From Octopus vulgaris (taxonomy: Eukaryota): a stretch of 64,000 bases of DNA. The stretch is from the NCBI GenBank assembly GCA_951406725.2, contig OX597817.1, positions 71,486,001 to 71,550,000 of the forward strand, in the 5' to 3' direction. Position numbers and translations under genes: made by a program. This document shows, one piece after another, positions 1-13,639 of the stretch. Within the stretch, counting starts at the first letter, position 1. Every line of letters starts with the position of its first letter. The notes under the pieces are model-generated. The model searched no databases. It saw only the letters and a list, made by a program, of their open reading frames with translations, and was not told where the DNA came from.

Positions 1-373
1 ATGTAAAGATGCAATGTATTATCAGTTCTGCTGTCAACAAATTGTTTCCTCTCTGCTTTCAAAGAGGATGAAAGAAGAGTGGCAGATGAATAGAGGTGAA
101 TACAGTGAATGTTGAACAAAAGCAGAGGTATGGTCAATAATGAATATCAATTGAGGTGGGGACATAATACAAATGGGTCCAGGTGGTAACACTGAAGCAT
201 ATGAGGGTGAGGGTGTGAAGCACAGTGCCAGGGACAAGGTCAGAGGTAGATATGGAGGGTGGTTCCATGCTGGCATGGGTTGGATCAATTTGACAAGATC
301 TTATATGTCCAAGAACTGCATTGAACTCCAATGCTGTGGCATAATTTTAAAGGCTAAAAGCATGCATATATAT

Positions 374-1208
374 ACAGGGTGTGGTGAATATAGTCTCAAT
401 TACGCAAAACTGAAAATAATACTGACATCTCGTTTTAACAGATATATTTACCAAAATTACATAAAAATATCTTGAAATACTAAAGAGTAAATTTATTCAA
501 TAAAACCACCATTGGCTTCAACCACAGCCTCCAGATGACTTTGGAATCTCCTGCAACTCTTCTGGATGGTCTCCATGTTTAAGTTGGTGAATGCTACCCT
601 AATCCTTACCATCAGTTCATCTTTGGTGTTACAAGGAGTTTTGTTGGTCTTTCGCTCAACTGTACCCCACACATAATAATCAAGGTGGGGTTGCAGTCAG
701 GAGTGTTAGGTGGCCAGATGTTAGGGGTGATGTGGTCACTGTAATTGTCTGAAGGCCATGACTGGGTTCTACTTGGGTGGCATGTTGCCAAACATCCTCT
801 TGACCCAGGACAGCACTACCTCCTCCAGGCACTTGATGTAGGCCTCCATGTTGAACCTAAGACCATGTGGGAAGATGAATGGAGGTATAATATTGCCATC
901 ACTAGTAATCACTCCAACACTATGATGTTGACTGGACGTTTGATTTTCATCATTCTTGGTACGTGTTTTGGGGACACAGCAAGCCAAAAGTTGTCCTGTG
1001 TATTCACCATCTGTTCACATTGGAGCTTCTGGCATGAATGCCAAGCAGTACAGCATGTCATTTCCACGTTTATGGCAGATTGAACTGTTTTTCTCACAGA
1101 TGGTGCCCAACTGACCCTACCAAACTGTGTAGTTGACAAAATAAAAAAACAATGTGCATGCACGAAATTAAAAACATAAAATGGCAACAAATTACCCACT
1201 GCACCCTG
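374..1208 (-). mobile_element. Decayed Tc1/mariner (maT/DD37D-like) DNA transposon
   Basis: Minus-strand transposase remnants: GVITSDGNIIPPFIFPHGLRFNMEAYIKCLEEVVLSW and WPPNTPDCNP..DYYVWG (SPDLNP motif). Ends CAGGGTG at 374 and CACCCTG at ~1208. Confidence 0.8.
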
Positions 1209-1231
1209 CATGTGTGTGTGTGTGCATGCGC

Positions 1232-1655
1232 ACAGTGGTTGTATGGTTATGAAGTATGCTTCTCAACTACATGGTTTTAAGTTCAGTCTCACTGCATGGC
1301 AAATGACTTCTACTATAGAACTGGGTTGATCAAAGCCTTATGAGGAGATTTGGTATACAGAAACTGAAAGAAGCTCATCATGTTAATAAATGTGTGCATG
1401 AGTGTCTGTGAATGTAAGTGCATATGCTTGTATCTCCTTGTTTTGACAACAGTGCAAATAGTTGTAAATGAGTGTCACTGTCATACAAGCAGTGTCATTT
1501 ATTTCCAATATTCTATGGCAATATCTGGTATGAGGAAATATTACCTTGTTCAGAAACAAATGAGAGTTGGCAACAGGAAAGGCATCTGACCGTAGAAAAT
1601 CTGCCTCAATAAACTCATTGCAATCCATGTAGACATAAAAATGATGATGATGATG
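1232..1655 (+). mobile_element. Degenerate SINE-like repeat with (TGA)n tail
   Basis: tRNA-like head (GTGGTT...GTTCAGTC), AGGAAAGGCATCTG...GTAGAAAAT core and TGATGATGA tail; a similar copy lies at ~30855-31280. Confidence 0.55.
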
Positions 1656-2149
1656 TAGTGACTTGGAACTTTCTATAATATCACCAGCTATATGCTTCTC
1701 ACTGACCTGCCTAATTTCGATGACATCAGTTCAAATGAAAGTTTTGTTATTTGAAGTGATACAAATCCATTATTGTATATTCAACTCATCAATAACTGAT
1801 TTTCTGTCCTTTGGTTGTTGTTCACCAATCACTGATCGACTTTTAGAGTATCTCTGTTTAGTCAACAGATATTTTGTCTATTAGAGAATGACAATGCTGT
1901 CTAACTAGATCCATGCCTCAAGCTCTCCCAACCTATCTTATTACCCCATTCCCTCTCTGTTTAGAGCAGCTGAAGAAGCAGGGTCCTAAGTCATGGGCAA
2001 CCGGTGCTAGCAAGACTTTCTGAATGGAACACTAATGAAAAATTATCTTGAATTTATTAGTGTAGCCCACCATATAATAAGCCAGTGGTTCCCAACCTGG
2101 GGTCTGAAAAGGTAGTACTGGGTGTCCATGGACTACATTCAAAATTTCA

Positions 2150-2184
<35 letters not shown>

Positions 2185-2186
<2 letters not shown>

Positions 2187-3610
2187 CCCTCAGACCCCTT
2201 TTATTCACCACAGTCCTCCAGGTAATAACAAAGGAATTCAAGACGGGTTGCCCCTGGGAGCTCCTCTATGCTGATGACCTGGCCCTCATAACAGAATCAC
2301 TACCGGAACTAGAAAAGAAATTTCGGGTGTGGAAGCCAGGTTTAGAATCAAAAGGCCTTAGAGTCAAGACCAAAGTAATAGTAAGTAGGAAGGCGAACTC
2401 ATCACACACCCCCTCAGGTAGGTGGCCCTGCTCGATCTGTAGAAAAGGTGTAGGTAGAAACTCCATAAGATGTACCCAATGTAAGCTATGAACGCATAAG
2501 AGGTGCAGCAACATCAAAGGAAAATTAACTGAGAAGATAGCTTTCATGTGCGGCAGATGCACAGGGGATTTAGACACCACTGATACTCAGAAAACAGATT
2601 CCATCACACTCCAGGGTGAGAAACTAGAAGTAGTTGATAGTTTCCGCTACCTAGGTGACCAAGTTAGTGGGGGTGGTGGGTGCTCAGAGAGTGCCACCAC
2701 TAGAATACAAATAGCCTGGGCAAAGTTTTAAAAGTTTCTACCCCTACTGGTGACAAAGGGTCGTTCACTCAGAGTGAAAGACTGTATGACACGTGTGCGA
2801 ACTGCCATGCTTCACGGTAGTGAAACATGGTCTGTGACTGCAGAGGACATGCGTGGGCTTGAAAGAAATGAAGGTAGCATGATCCGCTGGATGTTTAATG
2901 TCAGTGTGCACACACAACAGAGTGTAAGCGCCCTGAGAGAAATGCTGGACATAAGAAGCATCAGATGTGGTGTGCAAGAGAGATGTTTGCACTGGTATGG
3001 TCATGTACTACGGATGGATGAGGAGAGATGTGTGAAGAAGTGCCACTCTCAAACAGTTGAAGGAATCTGGGGTAGAGGTAGATCCAGGAAGACATGGGAT
3101 GAGGTGGTCAAGTATAACCTTTGAACGTTGGGCCTCACAGAGGCAATGACAAAAGACCAAAAATCTCTGGAGATATGCTGTATCTGCGAAGACCCAACAA
3201 ATAACGTGAGTTCATGGCTGTTTCCTGCACTAGCTTCACATAACAGCCCCAGCCCATCCAAAGTACTTTGGATCGCAGAACAGCCTGCTGTGCTTACTTT
3301 GGATTGAAGGGTAACCTGCTGTGCTTGAGATCTATTGAGTCAAGTACATCAACATCAAATAAAAATCAAATGGAAATGTGGCACGTTAAAAGCACCATCC
3401 AAACGTGGCCGATGCCAGCGCCGCCTTGACTGGCTTCCGTGCTGGTGGTACGTGAAATGTACCCACTACACTCACAGAGTGGTTGGCGTTAGGAAGGGCA
3501 TCCAACTGTAGAAACACTGCTAGATCAGACTGGAGCCTGGTGCAGCCTCCTGGCTTCCCAGTCATGGTCGAACAGTCTAACCCATGCTAGCATGGAAAAC
3601 AGATGTTAAA
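2185..3610 (+). mobile_element. 5'-truncated RTE-clade LINE (RT, internal PHD finger, 3' UTR)
   Basis: EFKTGCPWELLYADDL, C4HC3 finger at 2429-2560, LEVVDSFRYLGD, MLHGSETW, LHWYGHVLRMD, GRSRKTWDEVV; stops and frameshifts; family 3' tail GGCGTTAGGAAGGGCATCC...CCCATGCTAGCATGG. Confidence 0.9.
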
Positions 3611-4302
3611 ATACATAAGTATTAAAATATTATTAATATACTAACTTTTTGTTTTTGTATATACCTGTTGTGTGCATTACACTTACTTCAAAGAAGTGGA
3701 AAAGCAAGAGAGAGGAAGAGAGTGAGTAAGAAAGGGAGAGTTAGAGAGAGAATGAAAGAATGTGAAAGAGACAGTGAGTAGTGACAGAGTTCGTTGTGTT
3801 TTTAAAATGTTTCAGAAAGGACATAAGAGAGAAAGAGAGAGTGGAAGAGACTGAGTGGTGACGGCATTTATTTTGTGCTTTTAAATGTTTATCACATCAC
3901 AAGAGAAGTAGATACATAGATACAAATACACATTGTTAAATCAAAAGCAAGAGAGAAGAAGGACACAAAGGAAGGGAAAGAGAGAAAGTGAGAGACAGTA
4001 GATACATAAATCCAAAGAAAAGTTCATACATAGATACATAGACAGTAAATACTGGTTGTCAATTTCACTTTGCATTACCACACAAGGATAAAAATTAACT
4101 CACAAACGGCTGAATACTCCACAGAGATGCATAATATTAATGTAGTTCTCAGGGAAATTCAGCCTCACAGAATATGACAAAGCAGGCTGCTTTGAATTTT
4201 CCCGTGGCGGGCTGCCCATATCGGAGCAATCTCAAGATTAATCAGCCGAAATTGCTAAGATGATCTGGTTCTTGACTGATGACTGAGCAACAACTCTGAG
4301 AC

Positions 4303-4340
<38 letters not shown>

Positions 4341-5102
4341 GTATTTGTGTATGTGTGTAGTTTAGATTAGTTAAACATGTTTGCAATAAGTGTCACGCGG
4401 TGGAAATAAGCGCAATTCCCAAACTTACATTCATAAATCCATTTAATATTTCAGTTTGTACATTAAGGTTCTTTTTGAATAAATACAATGTACTTTAAGG
4501 TTAAATAGTAATTCCAGTTTACGTTTTTGAAACAGATATTTTGGTTGGATTATATAGTCATTGGTGTTATATTACTTTCTATATTCTGTAACTGTCACAA
4601 TATACTTTTCTAGGAATGAAATTTGGCGGGTGTGGCCAGTTGACTAGATCGACCCCAGTACACAACTGATAATTTATCGACCCCGAAAGGACAAAAGGCA
4701 ATTATAATATACAAACATTTCTCATGGCACCAGTACAGTCTACAGATGCTTACATTTTTTTATGCTTTCCGTGAATTTTTACGAGACCAGCTAAGCATAT
4801 TAATAGGGGTCTGTGGGAAAACACTTAAATAAAATGGATGGGAACCACTGAGATAAGCCACGTCTCATGCTGCCTGCTTTGAGAAAAAGTTTGCCCATAC
4901 ATAAGATGAGATTCAGAATATTTTGTGTTAAAAGTTAAATGAAGCTGTGATAGGATACAATGCCAGGAAGATTGAAATGGACACAAAACTCAGAAACAAT
5001 CAAGTCAACAGTTTTTCGGTTTATTTCACCAAAATAAAGCAAAATTGCCATTGTAAGATCAAACATATAAACAAAAACTATTTTCGCAATTATATAGGCA
5101 CT

Positions 5103-5368
5103 CTTTTGATATAACTCGACAAAATCAAAACATTTCACTTCCGGTATTTACGTGGGTTGTGGAGTATAGATATAACGAAATTATGCCAGCAATGTCTCAT
5201 TTTAAACTTGAAGGGGAAAAAAAAGTCTTGCATATTTGTTCTTACCTGTTTCATGTGTGTATGTAAAATCCGCAAATTTCCAAGCAGAAAACAGAATCGA
5301 ACTGTCATTTGCTTCCACGGAAATACCCGAAGTGAAACGTTTTGATTTTGCCGAGTTATATCGAAAGA
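5103..5368. mobile_element. MITE-like element with ~53-bp terminal inverted repeats
   Basis: TTTTGATATAACTCGACAAAATCAAAACATTTCACTTCCGGTATTTACGTGG (~5103-5155) is near-reverse-complementary to ~5315-5368. Confidence 0.75.
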
Positions 5369-5405
5369 ATACCATTATATATATATACACAAACACACAC
5401 ACAGA

Positions 5406-6289
5406 GGATCTTTTCGCTTTGACTGGCAGATTTTAAAAATAATTTCTTTGTAACTAAACATTTTAAAACTTCTTTTACTGGTAGAATGTGTTTATAAAAC
5501 ATCATTTTCTCGTCTTTCTTGAGAAAATTCTGTAGTTTGTAAGATAGTTGTAAGATAATTTCTTGCATTTCATCAATTTCAACCAATCAATGACGTCTAT
5601 TGGGGTGAAAACGATTTCTGCCATAATGTGTCAACAACAATTATTTCTGTGTCATATGAAATTGTTCCTGTTATTTATGAGAAAAAAGATACCCTGTGGC
5701 CATAAGCTGAGGGGTCACTTGTAAACAGAGCTGGATAACAAAACCATTCCCTCTTTAGTGTCCACCCATAATTATGACCTTAGTATCGATCTATTGCATT
5801 TCCATCTGTTTTAGGGTTAGGGTTAAGGTTTAGGTTAGGGGTGGGGGAAGGATATCTTTTTTCTTCAGAAATGTAAATAAACCCAATCTGTTTCTTAAAC
5901 GAATATATAATACGTAATATGTGTATCTGTGCAACAGAGTGGAAAATTAAAACTGCATATGTTGTGAACTTAGAATATGTGTTTATTAATAAAAGTTTAA
6001 TAACGATAATCTTTTATTCATACGAACGTAACTGATATGAAATATGTCATAAATAACAGCGATTTCATGACACCGGAAATAATTGTTGTTGACACATTAC
6101 GGCAGAAATCGTTTTCACCCCCAATAGACGTCATTGATTGGTTGAAATTGCTGAAATGCAAGAAATTAAAGACCAAATATCTTACAAACTACAGAATTTT
6201 CTCAAGAAAGCCAAGAGAAAACGAGGTTTAAAATTTTTTAGTTACAAAGAAATTATTTTAAAAATCTGCCGGTCAAAGAGAAAAGATCC
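5406..6289. mobile_element. Foldback/MITE with ~250-bp inverted arms and TTAGGG-rich core
   Basis: Arms ~5406-5680 and ~6047-6289 are reverse complements (GGATCTTTTC.CTTTGAC.GGCAGATTTT...); mirrored pseudo-ORFs appear in the ORF track; core has TTAGGGTTAGGG at ~5811; inserted in (AC)n. Confidence 0.8.
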
Positions 6290-6336
6290 CACACACACAT
6301 ATATTTATTACCCGATTAGGGTAAACGTGATTTCCA

Positions 6337-6510
6337 ATCCAGAAGTCGTGAGCTTCCGGAGATAGCCGAACTAGGTCGTGTATCCACTTACGTTTACCAA
6401 TGATGCAAAGTAGGCTAGTTTCGTATTAAATGACACTGCGAACATGATTCGTACTAATGAACAATTTCCCCTTATTTGAATCCTTTGATGTACAATTTGC
6501 AATAAACATG

Positions 6511-6579
<69 letters not shown>

Positions 6580-7110
6580 GGGTTCAGGGAATATAAAAGC
6601 ATAACAAACATGAACGTGAAAAGAATGAAGAAAAAGAACGAGATAGAACGGTCACAATTGGTGAGAGAGAGAGTGAGAGATAGACGGCGCTGAATGTGTC
6701 ACTTACTTCCTGTTGGAACGGATTGCTAACGATAACGTTCTCCATGCAGATGATTAAACGGTCGACAGATAATTTGTTACTTTAACTTCATCGGTAAATA
6801 TATTTGTTCAGTTTGATTTTACAATCTGTTTTCTTAAAAAATAAGTTATCGTATGCAAAACATAAATGCAAAAATGTCCGACCGGAAGAAGATTTAAGGC
6901 GCATGTGCGATATCAAAACGAGGTTGTTTCCCGATTTCGTTGATAACACGAATATTATAATGAATAATTGCTATGTTTTCTGAGCGAGGCTCAACAGAGG
7001 AAAAGCGAATAGAAATGCTGACCTAATTTTCATTCAACCAACAGTTTATTGCCTGATCGACCAGTTTACATGTCATATTGCCTCGTTTCTAAATTGCGTT
7101 CGGTTGAAAT
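6337..7110 (-). promoter_or_regulatory. Paralogous promoter/non-coding first-exon cassette, copy 1
   Basis: GCGCATGTGC 6899-6908, CCGGAAG 6882-6888, uORF ATG at 6791 (MKLK*), donor GTAAGT = rc of 6701-6706, intronic ETS-like palindrome 6337-6360; homologous to three other copies. Confidence 0.7.
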
Positions 7111-8214
7111 CGCTACTTTCCGTAAGTTCAACCGTATGTTTACGCTCTTCGCTGTTTTATTCGTGAAGACCGCGCCACCACGGCTCTGAACGCTTAACCA
7201 AACAGGCTACTGACAAATAAATCACCATGACGACCACAGCAAAGGGACATCACTCAAAATGTCCATGTATTTCTTGAAAACAAGATCAACAATAACGGAA
7301 TAACAGAAGTTCATGCTATATTATTCCGGCGATTCAATATAGACTAATCTTATACTTGGAAGAGCTCGCAATGGTCTAAATTTCTGACGTCATTGAATGC
7401 ACCTTCCTTATGTTTGGCAAAATGTTTCCTGTGACAAAAGGTTATGCTCCCTAAGTGAATAAGAAGTGTAATTATCAATCACTACATCATTATTTGGCAT
7501 CTAAACTTTCGTACATAATCTTTTTCTCCCTGTTTGCAAAAACGTATATGCACACATTTGAATGTTCAGTTTCTGGCGGGTATTACACTTTAAGAGGTAA
7601 CCTCCTTTAAGAGGCAAAAATCAAAATAAGCAAACCTAATCGTTTGACTTGCAAAATGCATCTACCAAATTTCTCTCAAATCACACAAAAACCACCCCCA
7701 AAAAAACAGACAACAAAAATAAACAATTGGGCATACTGGATTCAGTCACTGATACACTATACAATCATGAAGAATAATACAAAATGGTCCTGGCTGGGAA
7801 ACCTCTGTTTATAGATCTGCTGATGAAGACATAAAACTCTGCTTGATGTGGGACAAGAACATTGGGGGTCACAAGGATTGGTTATATTGTAGTTTCTTAG
7901 AACTATATGGTCTTAATATCTATATGGTTTATGATTCCCTGATGATAACTGTCATGACAAGACAACTGGAGGGGTGATTGTAAACCAAATAACAACACAG
8001 CTGGAACTTATTTTACAAATCTTACATAGAGGAATTAGTGCTAAATAAACGGAAAGACAATAGTTGGCTTTCAAACTTTTGCATTTAAATCAGTGGTAAT
8101 CTAAATTAAAATTATGAAGTTTGTAATCTGTGATGGGAAGAGGAAATCAATGTTTCAAGATTGGGTCTTAATCAGAGAGAGAGAGAGAGAGAAACATTCT
8201 TGAAATAGCATTTA

Positions 8215-8458
8215 TGTTATACATAAAAAGCACCAACCGATCGTGGCCGATGCCAGCCTGCTCTGGCCCCTGTGCCGGTGGCACGTAAAAAACACCCACT
8301 ACACTCACGGAGTGGTTGGCGTTAGGAAGGACATTCAGCTGTAGAAACATTGCCAAATCAGACTAGAGCCTGGTGCAGCCTCCATGGCTTCCAGACCCCG
8401 GTCGAACCGTCCAACCCATGCTAGCATGGAAAACGGACGTTAAATGATGATGAAGATG
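8215..8458 (+). mobile_element. RTE 3'-end fragment / RTE-tail SINE
   Basis: CACCCACTACACTC...GGCGTTAGGAAGG...CCCATGCTAGCATGGAAAACGGACGTTAAATGATGATGA. Confidence 0.8.
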
Positions 8459-9719
8459 AGCATGTAGTATATTAATATCATCATTATCATTGTATTAATG
8501 TCTATTTTTCCATGCATGCAAAAGTCAGATGAAACTATGCTGGGAGAGAGTTTTCTACAGCTGAATACACTTCCTGATGCTAACCATCACTAATTTCCAA
8601 GCACATTGATAATCCCTCAGTTTGCTGAACATCAAACAGTCTAGACACAGTTATGCAGACAGAAGGAAACAAACAACACTACTTGAATGAGACTTTTGTT
8701 TATAAATAGAGAATGCACAAGACCTGGGAAAATACAAACTCATCCCTACAAACACAGAGACACAAAAAAATAAACACACACAATATACTTGTTTTCATCT
8801 ACCAGTTTCACTCACAAAGTACTGTTAAACTTGTGTCTATAGTACAGGATATCAGTAGACAGTGTCCATGCAGTGGGGCTGAACTCTTAACGTGGTTCTG
8901 AAGTGAACATCTTGACCACACAGCATATCTGTGCCTAAATGTAGTAAATCTCTGGTAAGGACAAGGGTATAGTTGTATTGGCATGTAACTATAGGTCAAA
9001 GAATACAAGTGACAAAGTTCAAGAAGTTCACATTCTGTGCAGGAGAGAGTGATGACTTAAGCAAAAGAACATAATTGCATTAATATGTAGGTGAATGTCA
9101 ATGAGCAGTATTAAAGTTCAGTTAAGATTGTGTGGGGGGTCACTAGGAAGTCAAGTAAGGTGTTCATAGTGGCACAGAAGTAGGAATTAAATGGAGAAGT
9201 ATTATCTTCTGAAGTATTTGCATGACAGCCACACACTGTTTAATGAAAACATTTTAGCAATATCTAAGCTTGAAATCAATAGCTGTCCTTGTTTAGTTGA
9301 GATGATATGATTGTAGATTTTTTCTGAGATGCAGGTCAGACTATAGATATTACTGAACATGTTTGTTAGGGTAAATGATTAGGATTTGGGATCAGAAATT
9401 ATGTTGGAAAGGGATAACAATTTTTATTTGTCACACTCATCAGCAATATGTTGCAGATGTTTATCAGAATGCTGTTCAAGTGACAGTTCTTCAAATGCTT
9501 CAGCTGAGGCCCAGAGCATCTTCAGTTCAGTCATAATGAACATATGAATGTCAATGCCAGTAATCTGAAGTGGCATATCTGCATCCTCATCAACCACATC
9601 TAGAAGGTACCCCAGCATGTTCTTCAAATGCAAAATAACATCCATATCTTTTCTTCAGAAACTTTGCTGCTATTTGGCTCTTTAGAGAATAAAAGAAATA
9701 AAGAATAACAGGCGACATG

Positions 9720-10100
9720 CTGTCATAAAGTTTACGAACTCTGAAGCAATTAAGATCTTGAAAACATATGGAATCCTGCCAAGCATTCTTTGAACCAGCG
9801 AGGCCATGAGCACCAACAGCTTAGCACAAGTGATCTCTGTGCACTATGAAATCATGGTGTTTGAGCTGTGACACATTGGTACTCATTGTTTTCATCACAG
9901 ATCTGCAATGTACTCTCCTGCAACAGTTGGTGACTCTGAGGTGCCATATTATACAAATGGTATGGCATCATGTATAAATCTACTGCCATCACTAGGTACA
10001 TAGCCAAAATAGTGCAGTGAATACAAGAGGGTAAATGATAAGCATACAAGTGAAAAAAATTAGAGTGTATCAAAAGAAGTGTACATCACACCAAAACATA
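9720..10100 (+). mobile_element. Highly decayed RTE-like RT fragment
   Basis: KILKTYGILPSIL*TSEAMSTNSLAQVIS resembles the conserved RTE RT segment KILxxYGIP...AMY. Confidence 0.45.
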
Positions 10101-10509
10101 AAAGATATACAGTGGGCAAGAGAACCAAATATAGCTATAGGTATATCCTATTGCCAACCTCCAGCATTACTACCATGTTAACAATAGTTTAACTATGCTT
10201 GCACAAGTGAGTTGATCTTCAGCACTGCACTTCATGTTACGAATAATTGCAGTCCTATCTCATCTCTGAACCATGTGGGCCAAAATAACTGGTAGGTGGA
10301 TGCACTACCACAACGCGAATGGCGACACCTGCCTCGTGACTCCCGCACCAACCTGTGCGACGGCGCACAGGCACGAAACCAGACAGGCAAAGACAGGGTA
10401 GCCAATGATGCATGCAGAGCTTTGCGATCCGATTGCACATGCACCGGCAAATAGGGTTGAGAGTGCAAACAGCACTAGGCATGTCTTTTTGCAATCAACA
10501 TCCTTCATA

Positions 10510-10760
10510 TGTATGTACCAACAGGTATTCTCTCTTGCAAACTGTAAATGATTCCACTTGTAACTAGCTTTTCTCTCACCTTATTTGCATTGCAATTTTC
10601 TTGTACACTAATATTACAAATGCAGCAGATCATGCTTGTTTCATTTCTGTTCATCTTGTTCCAAACCTCACAACAATGTAGCATCATACTATGTACACAA
10701 GCAGCATGCAATCTACTCTTTACTGAGAAACTTAATGTCACCGGAAGAGGCATGACTATG
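10510..10760 (-). mobile_element. Decayed RTE fragment
   Basis: VKSRLHAACVHSMMLHCCEVW...RNETSMICCICNISV, homologous to the RTE at 2750-3000. Confidence 0.7.
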
Positions 10761-11667
10761 ATTTTTTCCACACTTTCACTTGCTACAATGCTTTTGAAAC
10801 ACACACCTTCACTACTAAATAGGTCACCTGGGAAACATGTCATCACTATTTGGGAGAATATATTTCAAAAGTAATGTTATTACCAAAAACTTTTATGCGA
10901 CATATGAAGTCTATATTAGTTTGTCCATTGATCTCATTTAACACTGATAACACTGAAACACTTAATTTCAATAATCATTTTCTACATGTTGAGCAAAATC
11001 TTTCTTTCTAACAAAAATTTCTGTCTCTCCTATGTTTAATTTAAGGTCCCTCAATGCTTGGCTATAGACCAATGTTGGATTTTTAAAAAGACCTATTACT
11101 GATTCAGCGTTAAGAACTAGGTTACCACCATACATTATGGCACATTTACCCACATAAATATAAATACTAACACAGAAGTGAACAAACTAAAGAAGTAAAC
11201 ACTAAATCTATTTGGCTGGAGTTACATATATTTAATAAGTTTGATGCAGCACATTACTTAAAGTTTCATGTATATAGGACATGCTCACCTCATCACAGAA
11301 TGTTCACCTGGTGACAATGTTGACATGACCTAAGCCCACAAAACTTTAAAGAGGAGCTGAGTCAAGCTGTTATTATAAATACGTATAGGTGCATACATAC
11401 ATGTATGAGTGCGTGTGTGTAAATTTATATTCATATATTTGTATCATACAATTTAAACCTCAAATTGCTTGACAATCAGTATTAAGAACTAACTCCATGC
11501 AAATTTCTATTTATGTATGGTGGTTTGATCTCTTATTGTTGAGTCTAGATTTGAGTGTTTCACAGAATATATTTAGAAAAGAAAACATAACATGAGAGGT
11601 TGCATAATTACACCATCTTAAGTATGCTTCCTTAGAATAAAGTGATTATTAGTTATTTTCCTATATA

Positions 11668-12929
11668 CAGGATGTTCAATTTAAAAGTTGACTAAATTGT
11701 ATATACTAATAGTTATAAAGAATGTACAATATTATAGACAAACCTACATTTATCAAAATTCTCATTTAAAAGTTACGTCAAACTGGTTACAGAAGGTGTT
11801 GAGATTGTTGGCTGCCATGTTGCAGACATATGTCATGACATTTGTTTTGGAACACATTAATCAAAACTTCACGTAGAATATTTCGGACAATATCAGTAAT
11901 ATCGGTACACAGTTCATCAAGTGTATGCAGATTCTTTGCAAATACAGTGTCCTTGATATAGCCAAATAAAAAGAAATTGAGAGGCGTTAAGTCTGGCAAT
12001 CTGGGTGGCCAGAGGCCTTTCATGATCAACCTGTGTTCAAAAGTTTGTCAATAGTGAAACAAAGTGTGGTTGCTAATATGACATGTTGCTGAGCCCTGTT
12101 GAAGTCATGTGATACTTCTTTTATTCTCAGTTAGCTGCTCAACACACTGATCAATTATCTCACAATAACGTTCTGAATTCAAGGTCTTTTGGGGAAAACA
12201 TTTAGTCCTACTATTCTTTGCCTGCTGGTAGCCATCCATACACCAATCTCCACTGCATGTAAGGGTGATTCAACAAACTCATGGGGATTGAGAGCAGTCC
12301 AGATGCAAGTGTTTTGCAAATTTAGATATCCCAATAGGTGAAGCCAAGCCTCGTCACTGAAGAAGGTCTTGTCAAGTTGGTTGTCATCCATGTTTTCTTG
12401 AGACCATTTGTAGTAATCCTATCTTTTGGTAAAATCAGGAGGAATAAGTTCATGTAAAGAAGACATGCGGTATGGGTACAATTTCAGCGATTTGCGAAGA
12501 GCAGTATGGCAGCTGCCAACAGATAATCCAGTTTTGTGAGACGTTGCACAGATTTCCTGGGACTGCGAAGAATTCATTGATGGATATATCCCACAACATC
12601 ATCAGAAAGGCAGATACGTTGGTGAACGTGTTTCTCGTTTCCAACTGAGCCCGTCTTCTTAAACATTTTAATTAGAACATTAATTACCTGCTTAAAATCA
12701 GTAACGCAATTGTCAAAGGAGTAAATCTATCGCCTACTGATAAAATGTCCTGATCTGAAATAAGATTCCATAATAAATTAACATTGCTGCACTGATAACA
12801 CCATTACGACTCCAGAAGAAATCTTGAATGAATGTTTTACACTTGTAAAAAGGCTAAAATCAATTTGGCATGGCGAGCCAATATTTTGACAGTTAATCAA
12901 TCGAGTCAACTTTTTAACTGAACATCCTG
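11668..12929 (-). mobile_element. Full-length but decayed Tc1/mariner element (rosa/DD41D-like)
   Basis: 26-bp TIRs CAGGATGTTCAATTTAAAAGTTGACT / AGTCAACTTTTTAACTGAACATCCTG, flanked by TA on both sides; motifs FFSDEAWLHL and WPPRLPDLTPLNFFLFGYIKDTVF; ORF broken. Confidence 0.92.
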
Positions 12930-13314
12930 TAGTACTCAATACAAAATACAATTGAAGAGTTTCATATTTCATTTAAATGTTTGCACCACAATCAGTTTAA
13001 TGTAATACACATAGCGACACTGGTATACTCACAGATATCCATCATCATCGTCAGATGTCTGTTTTCCATGGGCTAGACAGTTTGACAAGAACTGCTAAAT
13101 CAGAAGACTACACCAAGCTCTGCTGTTTGCTTTGGCATAGTTTTTACAGCTGAATGCCTGTCCTAATTTCAGAGTATACTGGGTGCTTTTCACATGGAAC
13201 CAGCAGCAGTGAGGTCACTAAGAAACTTGCAAGACAAGAACCCCTCAACTGAGAGAGCATTGAGGGACAGAAAATCAGTGTCTTGCAGCAGAAGAGAAAC
13301 ATGGCTAACTCATG

Positions 13315-13354
<40 letters not shown>

Positions 13355-13639
13355 AGTAAAAATGTGATGGGGAGAGTGGCACACCCAAGTTGCGGGTAAT
13401 TGTACATAATGCAATGGATCAGGAATCGGAGAAGGTGACTGAGTGGGTAAGTTCACAAGATTGTGAAAAGAGAGTGGAAACTGGGTGGAGAGAGGGAATG
13501 TAGTGAGTAAAGAGAGGGTGTGTGTTTATAATTATACATAGATTATACATATGCATTTATGTACATATACAAGCACATAATCATGTAAACATAAATACAT
13601 CATCTGCATCTCTGCCAAAATGTTAGCTTTAAGACAGTG

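Noticed and set aside
5811-5850. Interstitial telomere or chromosome-fusion scar
   Set aside because: Only a few degenerate TTAGGG units, embedded in a MITE core that recurs at 25.7 kb.
6701-6720. ACTTAC as the 5' end of U1 snRNA, or the cassette as a spliced-leader RNA or C/D snoRNA
   Set aside because: The sequence after ACTTAC does not follow U1 (ATACTTACCTGGC). I see no conserved Sm site after the donor, and C/D boxes are not conserved across the four copies.
6874-6925. Plus-strand coding interpretation of the cassette core (ATG TCC GAC CGG AAG = MSDRK, like dynein light chain; or the frame PEEDLRRMCDIKTR)
   Set aside because: The MSDRK frame stops after 7 codons in copy 1 and has no ATG in copy 4. 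The PEE..RMC frame is preceded by an in-frame TGA in copies 2 and 3 and has no consistent splice sites. DNA motifs explain the conservation better.
10968-11153. Protein-like 61-aa ORF (GKCAIMYGGNLVLNAESVIGLFKNP...)
   Set aside because: No family recognised and no supporting exon context, so it cannot be supported.
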